From the IMG/VR virus record IMGVR_UViG_3300021479_000010, positions 1-64,000 of that record: DNA of 64,000 nt; one strand, written 5' to 3'. Made by a program: the position numbers and the translations under genes. The notes beneath the pieces are model-generated. The model was not told the origin of the DNA and did not search any database. It worked only from the letters and a program-made list of their open reading frames with translations. Position 1 is the first letter of the stretch, and the number at the start of each line of letters is the position of its first letter. Source of the stretch: a virus. Below are positions 41,038-50,057 of the stretch, piece after piece.

Positions 41038-41059
41038 ACTGACATTGGAGGAAAGCACA

Positions 41060-41230
41060 ATGAAGCTACTTGATATGCAAGGCAAGGTTTACTTCGCGGA
41101 TCAAGCCCTTGACGTTGCGCGGCAGTTACAGGAATCTGATCCTGACTGGAAATATGAGGCCGAAATCAAAGGCGACTATGGCCGCGTCAATGTCTACGAT
41201 GAGAATGGCCAGTTGCTAGGTGCATTCTAG
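41060..41230 (+). CDS. small hypothetical protein
   Basis: GGAGG RBS; stop codon lies in the junction site at 41227. Confidence 0.65.
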   Translation: MKLLDMQGKVYFADQALDVARQLQESDPDWKYEAEIKGDYGRVNVYDENGQLLGAF

Positions 41231-41268
41231 TTTGTTCAATCGAGTTAAACAAGAATCTTGGAGGAAAT

Positions 41269-41436
41269 ATGTGGAAACTTGGATACGAAGACGCGGTACA
41301 GTTCAAGCCCAGCATGTACGAAGACGGGCCAGTGAGCATTATCGGGATAGCTGCCTACGATTATCGCCAAGGATACAAGGCAGGCAATCGAGACCGCATC
41401 TGGGCAAACGGCAATCGTCCGCCACAAGCAAACTAG
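41269..41436 (+). CDS. 55 aa hypothetical protein
   Basis: Manual translation MWKLGYEDAVQ..; GGAGG RBS; TAG stop lies in the site at 41433. Confidence 0.6.
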   Translation: MWKLGYEDAVQFKPSMYEDGPVSIIGIAAYDYRQGYKAGNRDRIWANGNRPPQAN

Positions 41437-41460
41437 TTTGATGAGCGAGATTAAACCAGA

Positions 41461-41748
41461 ATGACAAACCAAGACTATCTCGATTCGCTTGATTCCATGT
41501 TCGGCGGTCCCGACGAGACCGTGATTGAATGCCGGACTACAAAGGTTGTAACCGTCCGCAAAGAGCATCTTTGCATGTGCCCGGCCCACACTCCGCTGCA
41601 TACGATCAAAGCCGGAGAACAGGCAGGCATGGAACGGGCTATCGCTGATGGGGCTTGGGGCACCTGTTACGTCTGCTTACCTTGTCTGGAATCGTGGGCA
41701 AGACATTGTGACAAGCAAGAGGACTACTGCAATGCGAAACTAGTTTAA
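41461..41748 (+). CDS. small Cys-rich hypothetical protein
   Basis: Ends KLV-stop in the site at 41740. Confidence 0.6.
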   Translation: MTNQDYLDSLDSMFGGPDETVIECRTTKVVTVRKEHLCMCPAHTPLHTIKAGEQAGMERAIADGAWGTCYVCLPCLESWARHCDKQEDYCNAKLV

Positions 41749-41756
41749 GGAGCCTT

Positions 41757-41951
41757 ATGACATTAGCGATATGCGACTATTGCGGGGTCGTGATTCTTAG
41801 TGCTCAGTTGAAGGAATACATAGATGGGCGTGTGTATCACGCAGGTTGCGCCAAGAATCCTAATGGCACAACAGTCACTCGCGCAGGCGAATGCACATGC
41901 AACAACGACAGCGCAAAATGGCATTTTCCCGGATGCCCGAAACTAGTTTAA
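41757..41951 (+). CDS. small Zn-finger-like hypothetical protein
   Basis: Ends KLV-stop in the site at 41943. Confidence 0.6.
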   Translation: MTLAICDYCGVVILSAQLKEYIDGRVYHAGCAKNPNGTTVTRAGECTCNNDSAKWHFPGCPKLV

Positions 41952-41984
41952 TCGAGCAAGTTAATAAAGAATTGGAGGGGTTAT

Positions 41985-42380
41985 ATGAATACATCTGACT
42001 ATGACAAAGCTCTTAGAGACGTGGTTCTCATAGGATGCATCTGCCATGAAGGAGGAGAACACGAGCGCGGTCAATGCCCGGTTTGTGAGACTGTGGATAC
42101 GATCAGAAAGAATCGGAAATCCGCGCAGATGACATCCAAAGACATTAAACAAGCTGCCAAGTCTCTTAAATCCAATTGGGACGATTTGCGGCCTAATCCA
42201 TTAGCCGCGCAATTAGATGATTTCGTCCGAGAAAGCTTAACGCTGGATTTGCTCAAAACGGTTTACGAACTCTCCGAGCTAGTTTACCACTTGTGTCCCG
42301 ATTCCGGGAGTATGAAAGACCGTATTATCAGGATGCGAGATCGTTTATACGACACGTATGGCAAAGACAAACTAGTTTAA
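41985..42380 (+). CDS. hypothetical protein
   Basis: GGAGG RBS; ends KLV-stop in the site at 42372. Confidence 0.6.
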   Translation: MNTSDYDKALRDVVLIGCICHEGGEHERGQCPVCETVDTIRKNRKSAQMTSKDIKQAAKSLKSNWDDLRPNPLAAQLDDFVRESLTLDLLKTVYELSELVYHLCPDSGSMKDRIIRMRDRLYDTYGKDKLV

Positions 42381-42427
42381 TGTACTCACTTAGAATATGA
42401 TTTAATCAAAATTGGAGGATAAGGAAC

Positions 42428-43066
42428 ATGACCGAAGTAACCAAAGACGCTATTACGATTCTATCGCGTTGGTCTGGTAAAGTATTGTACTCCTGCGCGA
42501 AAGCAACGATCAAAGAAGCGGTATTACAGGCAATTAAAGACGGCGCGGACCTGTCCGGCGCGAACCTGTCCGGCGCGAACCTGTCCGGCGCGAACCTGTC
42601 CGGCGCGGACCTGTCCGGCGCGGACCTGTCCGGCGCGAACCTGTCCGGCGCGGACCTGTACGGCGCGAACCTGTCCGGCGCGGACCTGTCCGGCGCGAAC
42701 CTGTCCGGCGCGGACCTGTCCGGCGCGAAAGAAATTCCAGTCTTGGCAGCCGCGCAATCCTTGATTGTGCCCGAATCTGGCCCGTTCTTTGGATGGAAGA
42801 AATGCAAGAATGGGGTTATTGTAAAGCTTGCCATTGGAACAAATGCGAGGCGCAGTAACGCGACTGGGCGAAAATGCCGCGCAGAATATGTCAAGGTCTT
42901 AGAAGTAATTGGCGCGGAAGTAGGCATTAGCGAACATGACGGTAAAACTGAATACCGCAAAGGCGCGATTGTTCGATGCGACAAATGGAATGAGGACAGA
43001 TGGACAGAATGCGGGGGCGGGATTCATTTCTTCTTGACTCGCATCGAAGCCGAGAATTACAGCTAG
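42428..43066 (+). CDS. pentapeptide-repeat protein with DUF5758-like C-terminus
   Basis: 12 GA(D/N)L(S/Y) repeats; [39 protein letters not shown]. Confidence 0.85.
   Translation: MTEVTKDAITILSRWSGKVLYSCAKATIKEAVLQAIKDGADLSGANLSGANLSGANLSGADLSGADLSGANLSGADLYGANLSGADLSGANLSGADLSGAKEIPVLAAAQSLIVPESGPFFGWKKCKNGVIVKLAIGTNARRSNATGRKCRAEYVKVLEVIGAEVGISEHDGKTEYRKGAIVRCDKWNEDRWTECGGGIHFFLTRIEAENYS
42542..42727 (+). repeat. 15-bp tandem repeat GGCGCGRACCTGTMC, 12 copies
   Basis: Near-perfect DNA tandem array. Confidence 0.95.
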
Positions 43067-43112
43067 TTGATAACAAAGGGGTTATTTTGTTCGCATCTGG
43101 ACAAGATTTTGC

Positions 43113-43141
43113 TTGACAGGTGCCGCGCATTTTGCTATTGT
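43113..43141 (+). promoter_or_regulatory. sigma70-type promoter
   Basis: TTGACA-17-TATTGT; CCGCGCA in the spacer; TGTTC-N6-GGACA 9 bp upstream. Confidence 0.6.
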
Positions 43142-43504
43142 ATCTGTATTGGAGGATACACAAATGGACTGGAATACAGCGAACACGGAAGCAACGAAGC
43201 TCTGGTACAAATGGGTTAGCTCGCGCCCTGCAGTAGGCATTGACGGATACTTGCAACAAAGCCGCGATATGGCCGACTACAAGCTGTATGATTTGGACAG
43301 AATCCACTCATCCATGCTGCAAGAGTACCGATACATTCGCCAAGGAACAAGCCGCGCAACTCCCGGATTAATCTCAGAAGTAAAGGGAGAATTGATTCTC
43401 CTAGGCAAGATTCGCAAGGCATTGGCAAAAGACACAGACGCGGGTTCGCGCCCACGTTGCAACATTGGCTCAATTGAATTGTGCCAATGCACTTTCCTGC
43501 CGCA

Positions 43505-43527
43505 AAACCCCCTTATTTAGGGGGTTT
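43505..43527. terminator. hairpin terminator
   Basis: AAACCCCCT-TATTT-AGGGGGTTT. Confidence 0.6.
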
Positions 43528-43617
43528 CGTTACAAATTATGGTTTCAACAAATGGTGAAATATGCCGTTTGATTGAAACCTGTTTAAGTAGTAGGATTAA
43601 ACCAGAATGAGGACAGC

Positions 43618-45551
43618 ATGAGTGCAGACAATGGAATCAAGACGCATGCGCGGCCTCGCAATTTGGGAGAGAGCACATACAGTCAGCAATACAGAAATGG
43701 ATTGACAGCGTATATGGCAAATGATTGGACAATCGAAACCATGCGAATTGTCAATGAGTTAACGCCGGATATTCACGGCAGGGCATTTGATCCTGACTGG
43801 TTTCTATTGCGCCAACGTTTCGAGCAAATGGAAGAGAAATACAGCGAGATGCTGGAATTACTGGAAACCATTGAGAACGATACCAAGCTTGTTCCTAACT
43901 GGCTGTGGGTTCGGATACAATCTGCTGTCAAAAGAGCCAAGGAGCCCGGCAAATGACATTTGACGAATGGTGGGATAATGACGGCAAATACTACGATCCT
44001 GACTGGGATGATATTCCGTGGTACGACAAGCGCAAATCATTGGCTGAATACGCTTGGCATCGCGCACTCGAAACGCGCGGCAGTCCGCCAGTGGACATCG
44101 TAACGAATGCCGGATTTGGACCTGATCACGCGTTCAAACGCCAGCCCCGCAAATTAGTAGACTTAGACAAGGATTTAGGCATATGAAGAAGCAAATCAGA
44201 AAGCTATCGCCTTGGGCAAAGATGCTGCAAGCCGCGAAGCGCAAAACCAGCTTGCGATTGACTGCCAGTGAAGTGCAGACCTTTGTGTATCTCCGCAAGC
44301 CAAAAGACTAAGGATTTAGAATGCCTGCTGGCATAAACCGCGATTGCTCAGTGTGCATGAATACGGGATTGCGCAATGGTGCGCCTTGCGACGTATGTCG
44401 AGACGCGCCCCGCAAGCCAGAGGAATGGTGCAAGTGGCGAGACGCGGACAAAGGCATGATCAAACCAGAGCACAGCACAGGATACAATCGACAATGGGAG
44501 AATGAGACATTGGCCGAATGGATCGCACGATGCGGCCTCGCAACTGTGGAAGCGATTCTCAAGGCAGAACGCAAATGAGCGATACATACGACCTCGCATG
44601 TCATGACTGTAAAGCTAGCCTATGGATAGGTCAGAGTGGCAGCAGTCCGTGGTGTTTCTATACAGGCGAACCAGAGACAATGCAGGCGCTTGGGCTGTTC
44701 TTCTGGGCGCATCGTGGACATCGGCTAGAGTTTAATGAATGCCAATTACTCGAATACGTGGCAGATTTAGGCTCAGCATAGACGTGTTGAGCGAAGGAAT
44801 GACCATTGCCAGCCCCGCCAACCCCATTAGGTTTGATGACGGCAAGCTTGGCTACTTCGCTGATCGTCATTGGCACGTACAGAGCGAACCCGGCAATTGG
44901 ATAGTTGCGGACCTCGCCGCGCATAATCTCATGGAATACATGCTATCGAAGGGAATGTTTGAATGAATCTATCAGGCTATTTAGACCACGAAGAGGATTG
45001 CACTTGTCTTGATTACCATGACAGGTTTTTGTCCGCAAGTGGACAAGCCGATGGACCGCAATTCGCCCCGCAATGTGTGAAGGACATCTGGAATGAGGAA
45101 ATGGTATTCAAGATGACAAGGGGAACATGGGCGGACCTAATCGACGGCAAACCAATTGGCCGTTGCTACGTCATGGCCGATGGTGCGATACGAGTAGAGC
45201 GCAACAAGCTTGTCCGCTGTACGTCATGCGGATTCCAAGGCACAAACGATCAATTCCTTGCCGGACATCTGGCCTCAGTCTGCCCGAACTGCAAGAGCGA
45301 TTACACGGTCCAAAACGCCCCGCAATTCCCAAAGGACAATCAAGACTAAGATGAGCTATTATTCATTCCAATGGTGGATTCGATGGTTCGTGCCGTTGCC
45401 AATCCTTATCCGAATATCAAAGGCGACGTTTGGCCGTCATCATGTCTGGTATCAAGACGATCATATAAGCCTTGAAACACATCCGTTTGATCGTGCCGAA
45501 GTGACCGATGCAGACCGCAAAGCAATGCAAGACTTGGACCGATACATCTAG
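43618..45551 (+). other. run of about eight overlapping small hypothetical ORFs
   Basis: Several ATGA-coupled ORFs, many Cys-rich; bracketed by junction sites at 43579 and 45548/45661. Confidence 0.55.
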
Positions 45552-46230
45552 TAATTAAATAATTAACAATTGACTGCAAAGCATTGACCAATTGAGTAAC
45601 AGAACTAACCACGCGAATTTTCCGCTGGCATTTTCGCCCATCCAATCCCAACCGGGCGAACTAGTTTAATCTGTTTACTCAACCAAGAATCGAAGCAAGT
45701 CCTTTGTTTTCAATGCACATCAGCGTCTCTGCTATGATCTGCCGATTTCCTAGGTGCTAGAGGAGGATAGACGTAAAGGCACTACTTTCATAGACTTAGG
45801 CCCCGTGACTTACCCCACGTGGGTGGGCCACCTTGCGCGAGGCTTGGGTGGCTCCAAAGCATCCTTTTCTCAGATATATGCCCCGGTATTGTTTTCCTAT
45901 AAAAAGGGTCCCTATTTGGTCACAGACCCCCGGTATATTTTCCCCTATGCGTGATTTATCTTGACAAAGTACCTTGTATATGAGATTATGTGTTTGGGAG
46001 GATTTATGAAGACATTTGCTATCGTAGTTTTGTTCTCGATCTCAGCGTTCGGGAAGAACCAACCGGGGTTTTCCACCAAGCCATCTGTCGTTATTGTTCG
46101 ACCATCGATCCGCAACTCGGTCCCGGTCTCTGGATATGTCCGCGTTCCGTCCGCGCCGAATACTGGCAGCTACAAAGGTACCTCTAATCCAAAACATCCC
46201 CGGTAGCTCGCTGAACCGTAGAGCTTTATG

Positions 46231-46256
46231 AGCCCATCTAATAAAGGTGGGCTTTT
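46231..46256 (+). terminator. rho-independent terminator
   Basis: AGCCCATCT-AATAA-AGGTGGGCT-TTT. Confidence 0.55.
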
Positions 46257-46670
46257 CCATTTGCAAACATGTTTCTAATGTTTTCAATGAGATAGACCCG
46301 TCCATACCAATAGTGAGGGATAGTGACACGTAAGCCAACAAAACGACAGCAAGATTATTGGGAGAAAGTCCTGATAGACCATCGACTTGGCATGGGGCGG
46401 GGAACGAGTTCTAAGGTAGATTACGAAGGCGGTTCCCAAGATTTAGATCGCAAGCAATCCCAGAGTTTTGCCAAGAAATCGGGGCGGACGAAGCCCAAAT
46501 CAGGAGCTGAGTAGTGGATTTTTCCTACGACGCCGGGTATAAGAGTTATCAGTGGTATTGTCAGTTGATCGGGAACCCGCCCCGTTCATTTGAAGACTGG
46601 ATGAAATTGCGGGAAACCCCGAGTCCGAAGAAGGACGCCGGGAAGGAATTTATTAGTTCCGGTTCGGACA

Positions 46671-47405
46671 ATGAGACTGAAACGCTTTACCGTTGATCTA
46701 GATTCGCAGAAGTCAATCGATGATCACGTAGGTTTGCTGCGGCATGAATTGCGCTTGCTCAAACTTGCCAAGCGCGAAGCCAAGGGTCTGGCACCTACCG
46801 GGAAAGCTAAGAAGTTCCGAGATTATTACGATGCTTGCTGCCGGATTTACGATACGGATATTTCGAGTCTTTACCGGGACATGGTAACAGATGTGGATAC
46901 TTGTTATTATGTTTACGCTCATTTAGATATGACTCGGCCAATTGTAGTTCCCAAGCACCCAGACAAAGGCGCGGAACCCGGTCTTAAGTTCTTCGCGGCC
47001 AGCAAGGGATTGGACTTCATGCCTTTTTACATCGGTAAAGGAAAAGGCGATAGATATCTGTCCGGCGAACGAAATGCGGCATACCAGAAAATCGATAAAA
47101 AGATTCGATTGGCCGGGAAGACCGCCAAAATTATAAAAATTAAAGAAGGACTTACGGAATCCGAAGCCCTTCAACTAGAAGCCAAATTAATTGATATCTT
47201 CGGTTTGGCGATCTACGACGGAGTGTTGACCAACCTCGACGAGGGGCATAACAACTCTGAACGCATAAAAATGTATCTAGATAACTTCCGTACATTGCGC
47301 AGAATGAATCGGCAGATGTACGGAACTGAAAAAGTTTCGCAGGGCGGGCAGCGTTTTGACGACCAAGTATTGGACTCAATAAAAGAAATACCCGCCACAT
47401 TTTAA
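46671..47405 (+). CDS. GIY-YIG (LEM-3-like) endonuclease
   Basis: YYVYAH..PFYIGKGKGDR..LTESEALQLEAKLIDIFG..GVLTN. Confidence 0.8.
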   Translation: MRLKRFTVDLDSQKSIDDHVGLLRHELRLLKLAKREAKGLAPTGKAKKFRDYYDACCRIYDTDISSLYRDMVTDVDTCYYVYAHLDMTRPIVVPKHPDKGAEPGLKFFAASKGLDFMPFYIGKGKGDRYLSGERNAAYQKIDKKIRLAGKTAKIIKIKEGLTESEALQLEAKLIDIFGLAIYDGVLTNLDEGHNNSERIKMYLDNFRTLRRMNRQMYGTEKVSQGGQRFDDQVLDSIKEIPATF

Positions 47406-47662
47406 TATCCGGGGCTGCGCAGCGGGGGATCAATCATCCTTTCCTACTACTCCCCCGCGCCCCGGTCTCTTTAATTGCGGGGTTCGGTCACGACTCTCGA
47501 TAGGAGGCATATGTTCAAGCTTCTTGTCCGGATGTGGAATTCGCTGTTCGCGAATCGCGAACGTAGGCATGTAATCGTGGATGCGGATTTGTACGAAGAT
47601 GCGACTTGATTTTCCCCTTTTATGGCCCCTTTTGGACGGACGGGGCTTTTTATGATTCTAAA

Positions 47663-48478
47663 ATGGTTATAATTAACCTTTGTGGTGGTCTGGGAAATCA
47701 ACTCTGGCAAAGAGCTTTTGGATACGTACTTGAAGCTCTAGGAAATGAAGTAGCCTTTGATCCGTTCTACTTTGCTAATAACGACGAACGAGCATACGTT
47801 CTGTATCATTGGAACTGCGAAGTCCCGCTTAAAGGAAAACTCGGACAAGTAATCCAAGAGCCGGACTTGCGGTATCATCCAGAGTTCCTAAAAAAGTACA
47901 ACGAAGATGTAACCCTAACCGGATATTGGCAGTGCCCGCGATATTTAGAGGGAATCGAAGATCAGATTCGAAAAGCCTTCGTTCCTAGAACTATAAGCAA
48001 GGAAACTGCCAAACTGATTCAAACTACAGAGCAGTGCAATTCGGTATCTTTTCACGTTCGTCGGACGGACACGCTATCATCCCGTGGGCTAGTCAATCAC
48101 GGGCTTGTTCCACAACAATTCTATGATCGTGCCCGAAACCATGTTTCAAACTGTCATTACTTTATATTTAGTGATGACATTGAGTGGTGTAAAAAAAATC
48201 TTTCGTTCGAGTGTACTTTCGTAGATCATAATACTACGGGCGTTCAAGAAACATCTGAACACGAAGTACGGAAAACGAATGATGGTACTGAGTACGAAGA
48301 TTTATGGATAATGTCTCGCTGTAAGCATAATATCATAGCCAACAGTTCCTTCGGATTCTGGGGGGCGTGGCTGAATCAAAACCCGGACAAGATAGTAATA
48401 TATCCTAGACAATGGTTTGCTCCTACTAGCCCACACGATTCTACAGACATGTTTCCTAAGACTTGGATTTCCTGTTAA
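47663..48478 (+). CDS. GT11 alpha-1,2-fucosyltransferase-like glycosyltransferase
   Basis: GGLGNQL.Q, GYWQ, HVRRTD, FSDDIEWCK, MSRCKHNIIANSSFGFWGAWLN. Confidence 0.9.
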   Translation: MVIINLCGGLGNQLWQRAFGYVLEALGNEVAFDPFYFANNDERAYVLYHWNCEVPLKGKLGQVIQEPDLRYHPEFLKKYNEDVTLTGYWQCPRYLEGIEDQIRKAFVPRTISKETAKLIQTTEQCNSVSFHVRRTDTLSSRGLVNHGLVPQQFYDRARNHVSNCHYFIFSDDIEWCKKNLSFECTFVDHNTTGVQETSEHEVRKTNDGTEYEDLWIMSRCKHNIIANSSFGFWGAWLNQNPDKIVIYPRQWFAPTSPHDSTDMFPKTWISC

Positions 48479-49329
48479 TGAGCAATTTATCCATTGTGTA
48501 CTCAGTAAATAACCGGGGCTACGGCGGGGATTTTATAGGCCGTGTTCAGGCATGTATTGATAATTTGTTTCAGCTTTCGGCCAAAATTGGGCTGGATGCT
48601 GATATCATATTTGTTGAATGGAACCCGCCGGTAGATCAACTTCGGGTTTCGCAAGTTATAAACTGGCAATACAAGACATTGCCAGTAAGATTCATAGAAG
48701 TTCCTGAGCATATTCATAAATTAGTTCCCAATCCCAGAAACGAAGTATTTTGGGAGATGTGGGCTAAAAACGTTGGTATCCGAAGGGCGACTGGACGATT
48801 CATATTATCGGCCAATCCGGATAATCTCTATAGTGAACAACTTTTAGCTCGTTTAAATGATTTGGAAGAAGATGCCTTCTATCGGACAGATAGCTACGAT
48901 ATTGTAGACGGCAAGCTGTATCAAATTCACCGTGCCTGTGAATCGCTAGTTAACGGAAAACCCAATGGTAGCGATGGATTTGTCAAACCGGATGAGAATG
49001 GCAAATTCTCGTATCCGCCCCCTATAGGATATATAGAACCGCTGCATTTTAATAAATCTGGCGATTTCTTTCTCATGTCCAGAAAGAATTGGTATGAAAT
49101 GTGCGGGCATCCCGAAACAGATTATACCGTTACTGCGGATGGCGAAACGGTATACTTAGCCGCTGCGAGTGGCTGGCGACAGATATATCTTTCGGAACCT
49201 ACATATCATTTATATCATTCCCGAAATGAACGACACTGCCCTCCGTGGTCGGATGCCGCACCGCACGGACACAAGAATGGTACTAATTGGGGTTTCGCTG
49301 GTCACGAGTTTCATACTTACGAAATTTAA
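48478..49329 (+). CDS. GT-A fold (GT2-like) glycosyltransferase
   Basis: IIFVEWNPP, AKNVGIRRATGRFILSANPD, SGDFFLMSR..W....GHPE. Confidence 0.7.
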   Translation: MSNLSIVYSVNNRGYGGDFIGRVQACIDNLFQLSAKIGLDADIIFVEWNPPVDQLRVSQVINWQYKTLPVRFIEVPEHIHKLVPNPRNEVFWEMWAKNVGIRRATGRFILSANPDNLYSEQLLARLNDLEEDAFYRTDSYDIVDGKLYQIHRACESLVNGKPNGSDGFVKPDENGKFSYPPPIGYIEPLHFNKSGDFFLMSRKNWYEMCGHPETDYTVTADGETVYLAAASGWRQIYLSEPTYHLYHSRNERHCPPWSDAAPHGHKNGTNWGFAGHEFHTYEI

Positions 49330-50057
49330 TGCAGCAGCAGGATTATATTCGGGATTTAATTTCTTTCTCCCGCCTAGCGGGTAGTGACCCGAATATATCA
49401 TTTTATTCTGGAGATTGCGTTCCTTGTTTAGAGGAATCAGAAACACAAGTAACATATAATCATAGATATTTACTTCATGTGGGTTGGGCTGCGCGAATAT
49501 TGGCAACAACTCGCCCGGAAGAACATATAGATATCGGATCGTGCTCATACTTCGTAAGTATTGTTTCAGCATTTCTAAATTTAAAAAATTACGATATCCG
49601 TCCAATGGATATTCCCTTGCCGGGAATAGTAACAGGCACGGCGGACTTGTGCGGACTTCCGTTTAATAACAAGGAACTGAAATCCATTTCTTGTATGCAC
49701 GCTCTGGAGCATGTGGGTCTCGGACGATATGGAGACCCTATTAATCCTTATGGCGATGTAAAAGCTGCCCGTGAATTAAGCCGCGTTTTATCGGACAATG
49801 GGAACCTTTTGGTGGTTCTCCCAATTGGTCAGCCGAAAATCGCATTTAATGCCCATCGTATTTATTCGTTCCAATATGTAGTTGATTCGTTGTTCTCAAA
49901 TCTAGTTCTCAAGGAATTTTCTTTTATTCCTACTGATTTGCCGTACCGTTTTGTAAAGAACGCAGACCCCGCATCCACCGCTAGCGAAGTTGAAGGAGCT
50001 GGATGTTTTTGGTTTACTAAACATGCTTGTGCAGATATCGGGCTTTCGACCCATTAG
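49329..50057 (+). CDS. DUF268-like methyltransferase-fold protein
   Basis: WAARIL..PEEHIDIGS..YDIRP..SISCMHALEHVGLGRYGDP..FNAHRIY. Confidence 0.75.
   Translation: MQQQDYIRDLISFSRLAGSDPNISFYSGDCVPCLEESETQVTYNHRYLLHVGWAARILATTRPEEHIDIGSCSYFVSIVSAFLNLKNYDIRPMDIPLPGIVTGTADLCGLPFNNKELKSISCMHALEHVGLGRYGDPINPYGDVKAARELSRVLSDNGNLLVVLPIGQPKIAFNAHRIYSFQYVVDSLFSNLVLKEFSFIPTDLPYRFVKNADPASTASEVEGAGCFWFTKHACADIGLSTH

Larger units (their letters stand above)
20728..45687. repeat. dispersed 27-33 bp gene-junction quasi-palindrome CTAGTTTAA-N9-TTAAWMMAG, about 19 copies
   Basis: 27-mer starts: 20728, 22975, 24083, 24484, 26351, 26566, 32863, 33130, 33522, 33688, 34488, 38150, 38580, 41227, 41433, 41740, 41943, 43579, 45661; weaker at 42372 and 45548. 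Confidence 0.8.

Noticed and set aside
41227-42398. Repeated junction sites as a CRISPR array
   Set aside because: Intervals are 200-430 bp and hold ORFs, the repeats are degenerate, and there is no cas operon.
42552-42715. GTCC..GGAC pairs within the pentapeptide array as members of the 16-bp palindrome family
   Set aside because: The spacer is 5 nt, not 6, and arises from codon repetition.
42406-42984. Antisense ORFs with APDRS/F or VRAGQ repeats
   Set aside because: Shadow frames of the stop-free 15-bp tandem repeat.
20728-45687. Classical integron attC sites
   Set aside because: No long imperfect hairpins with RYYYAAC/GTTRRRY ends, and the integrase shows no IntI-specific insertion.
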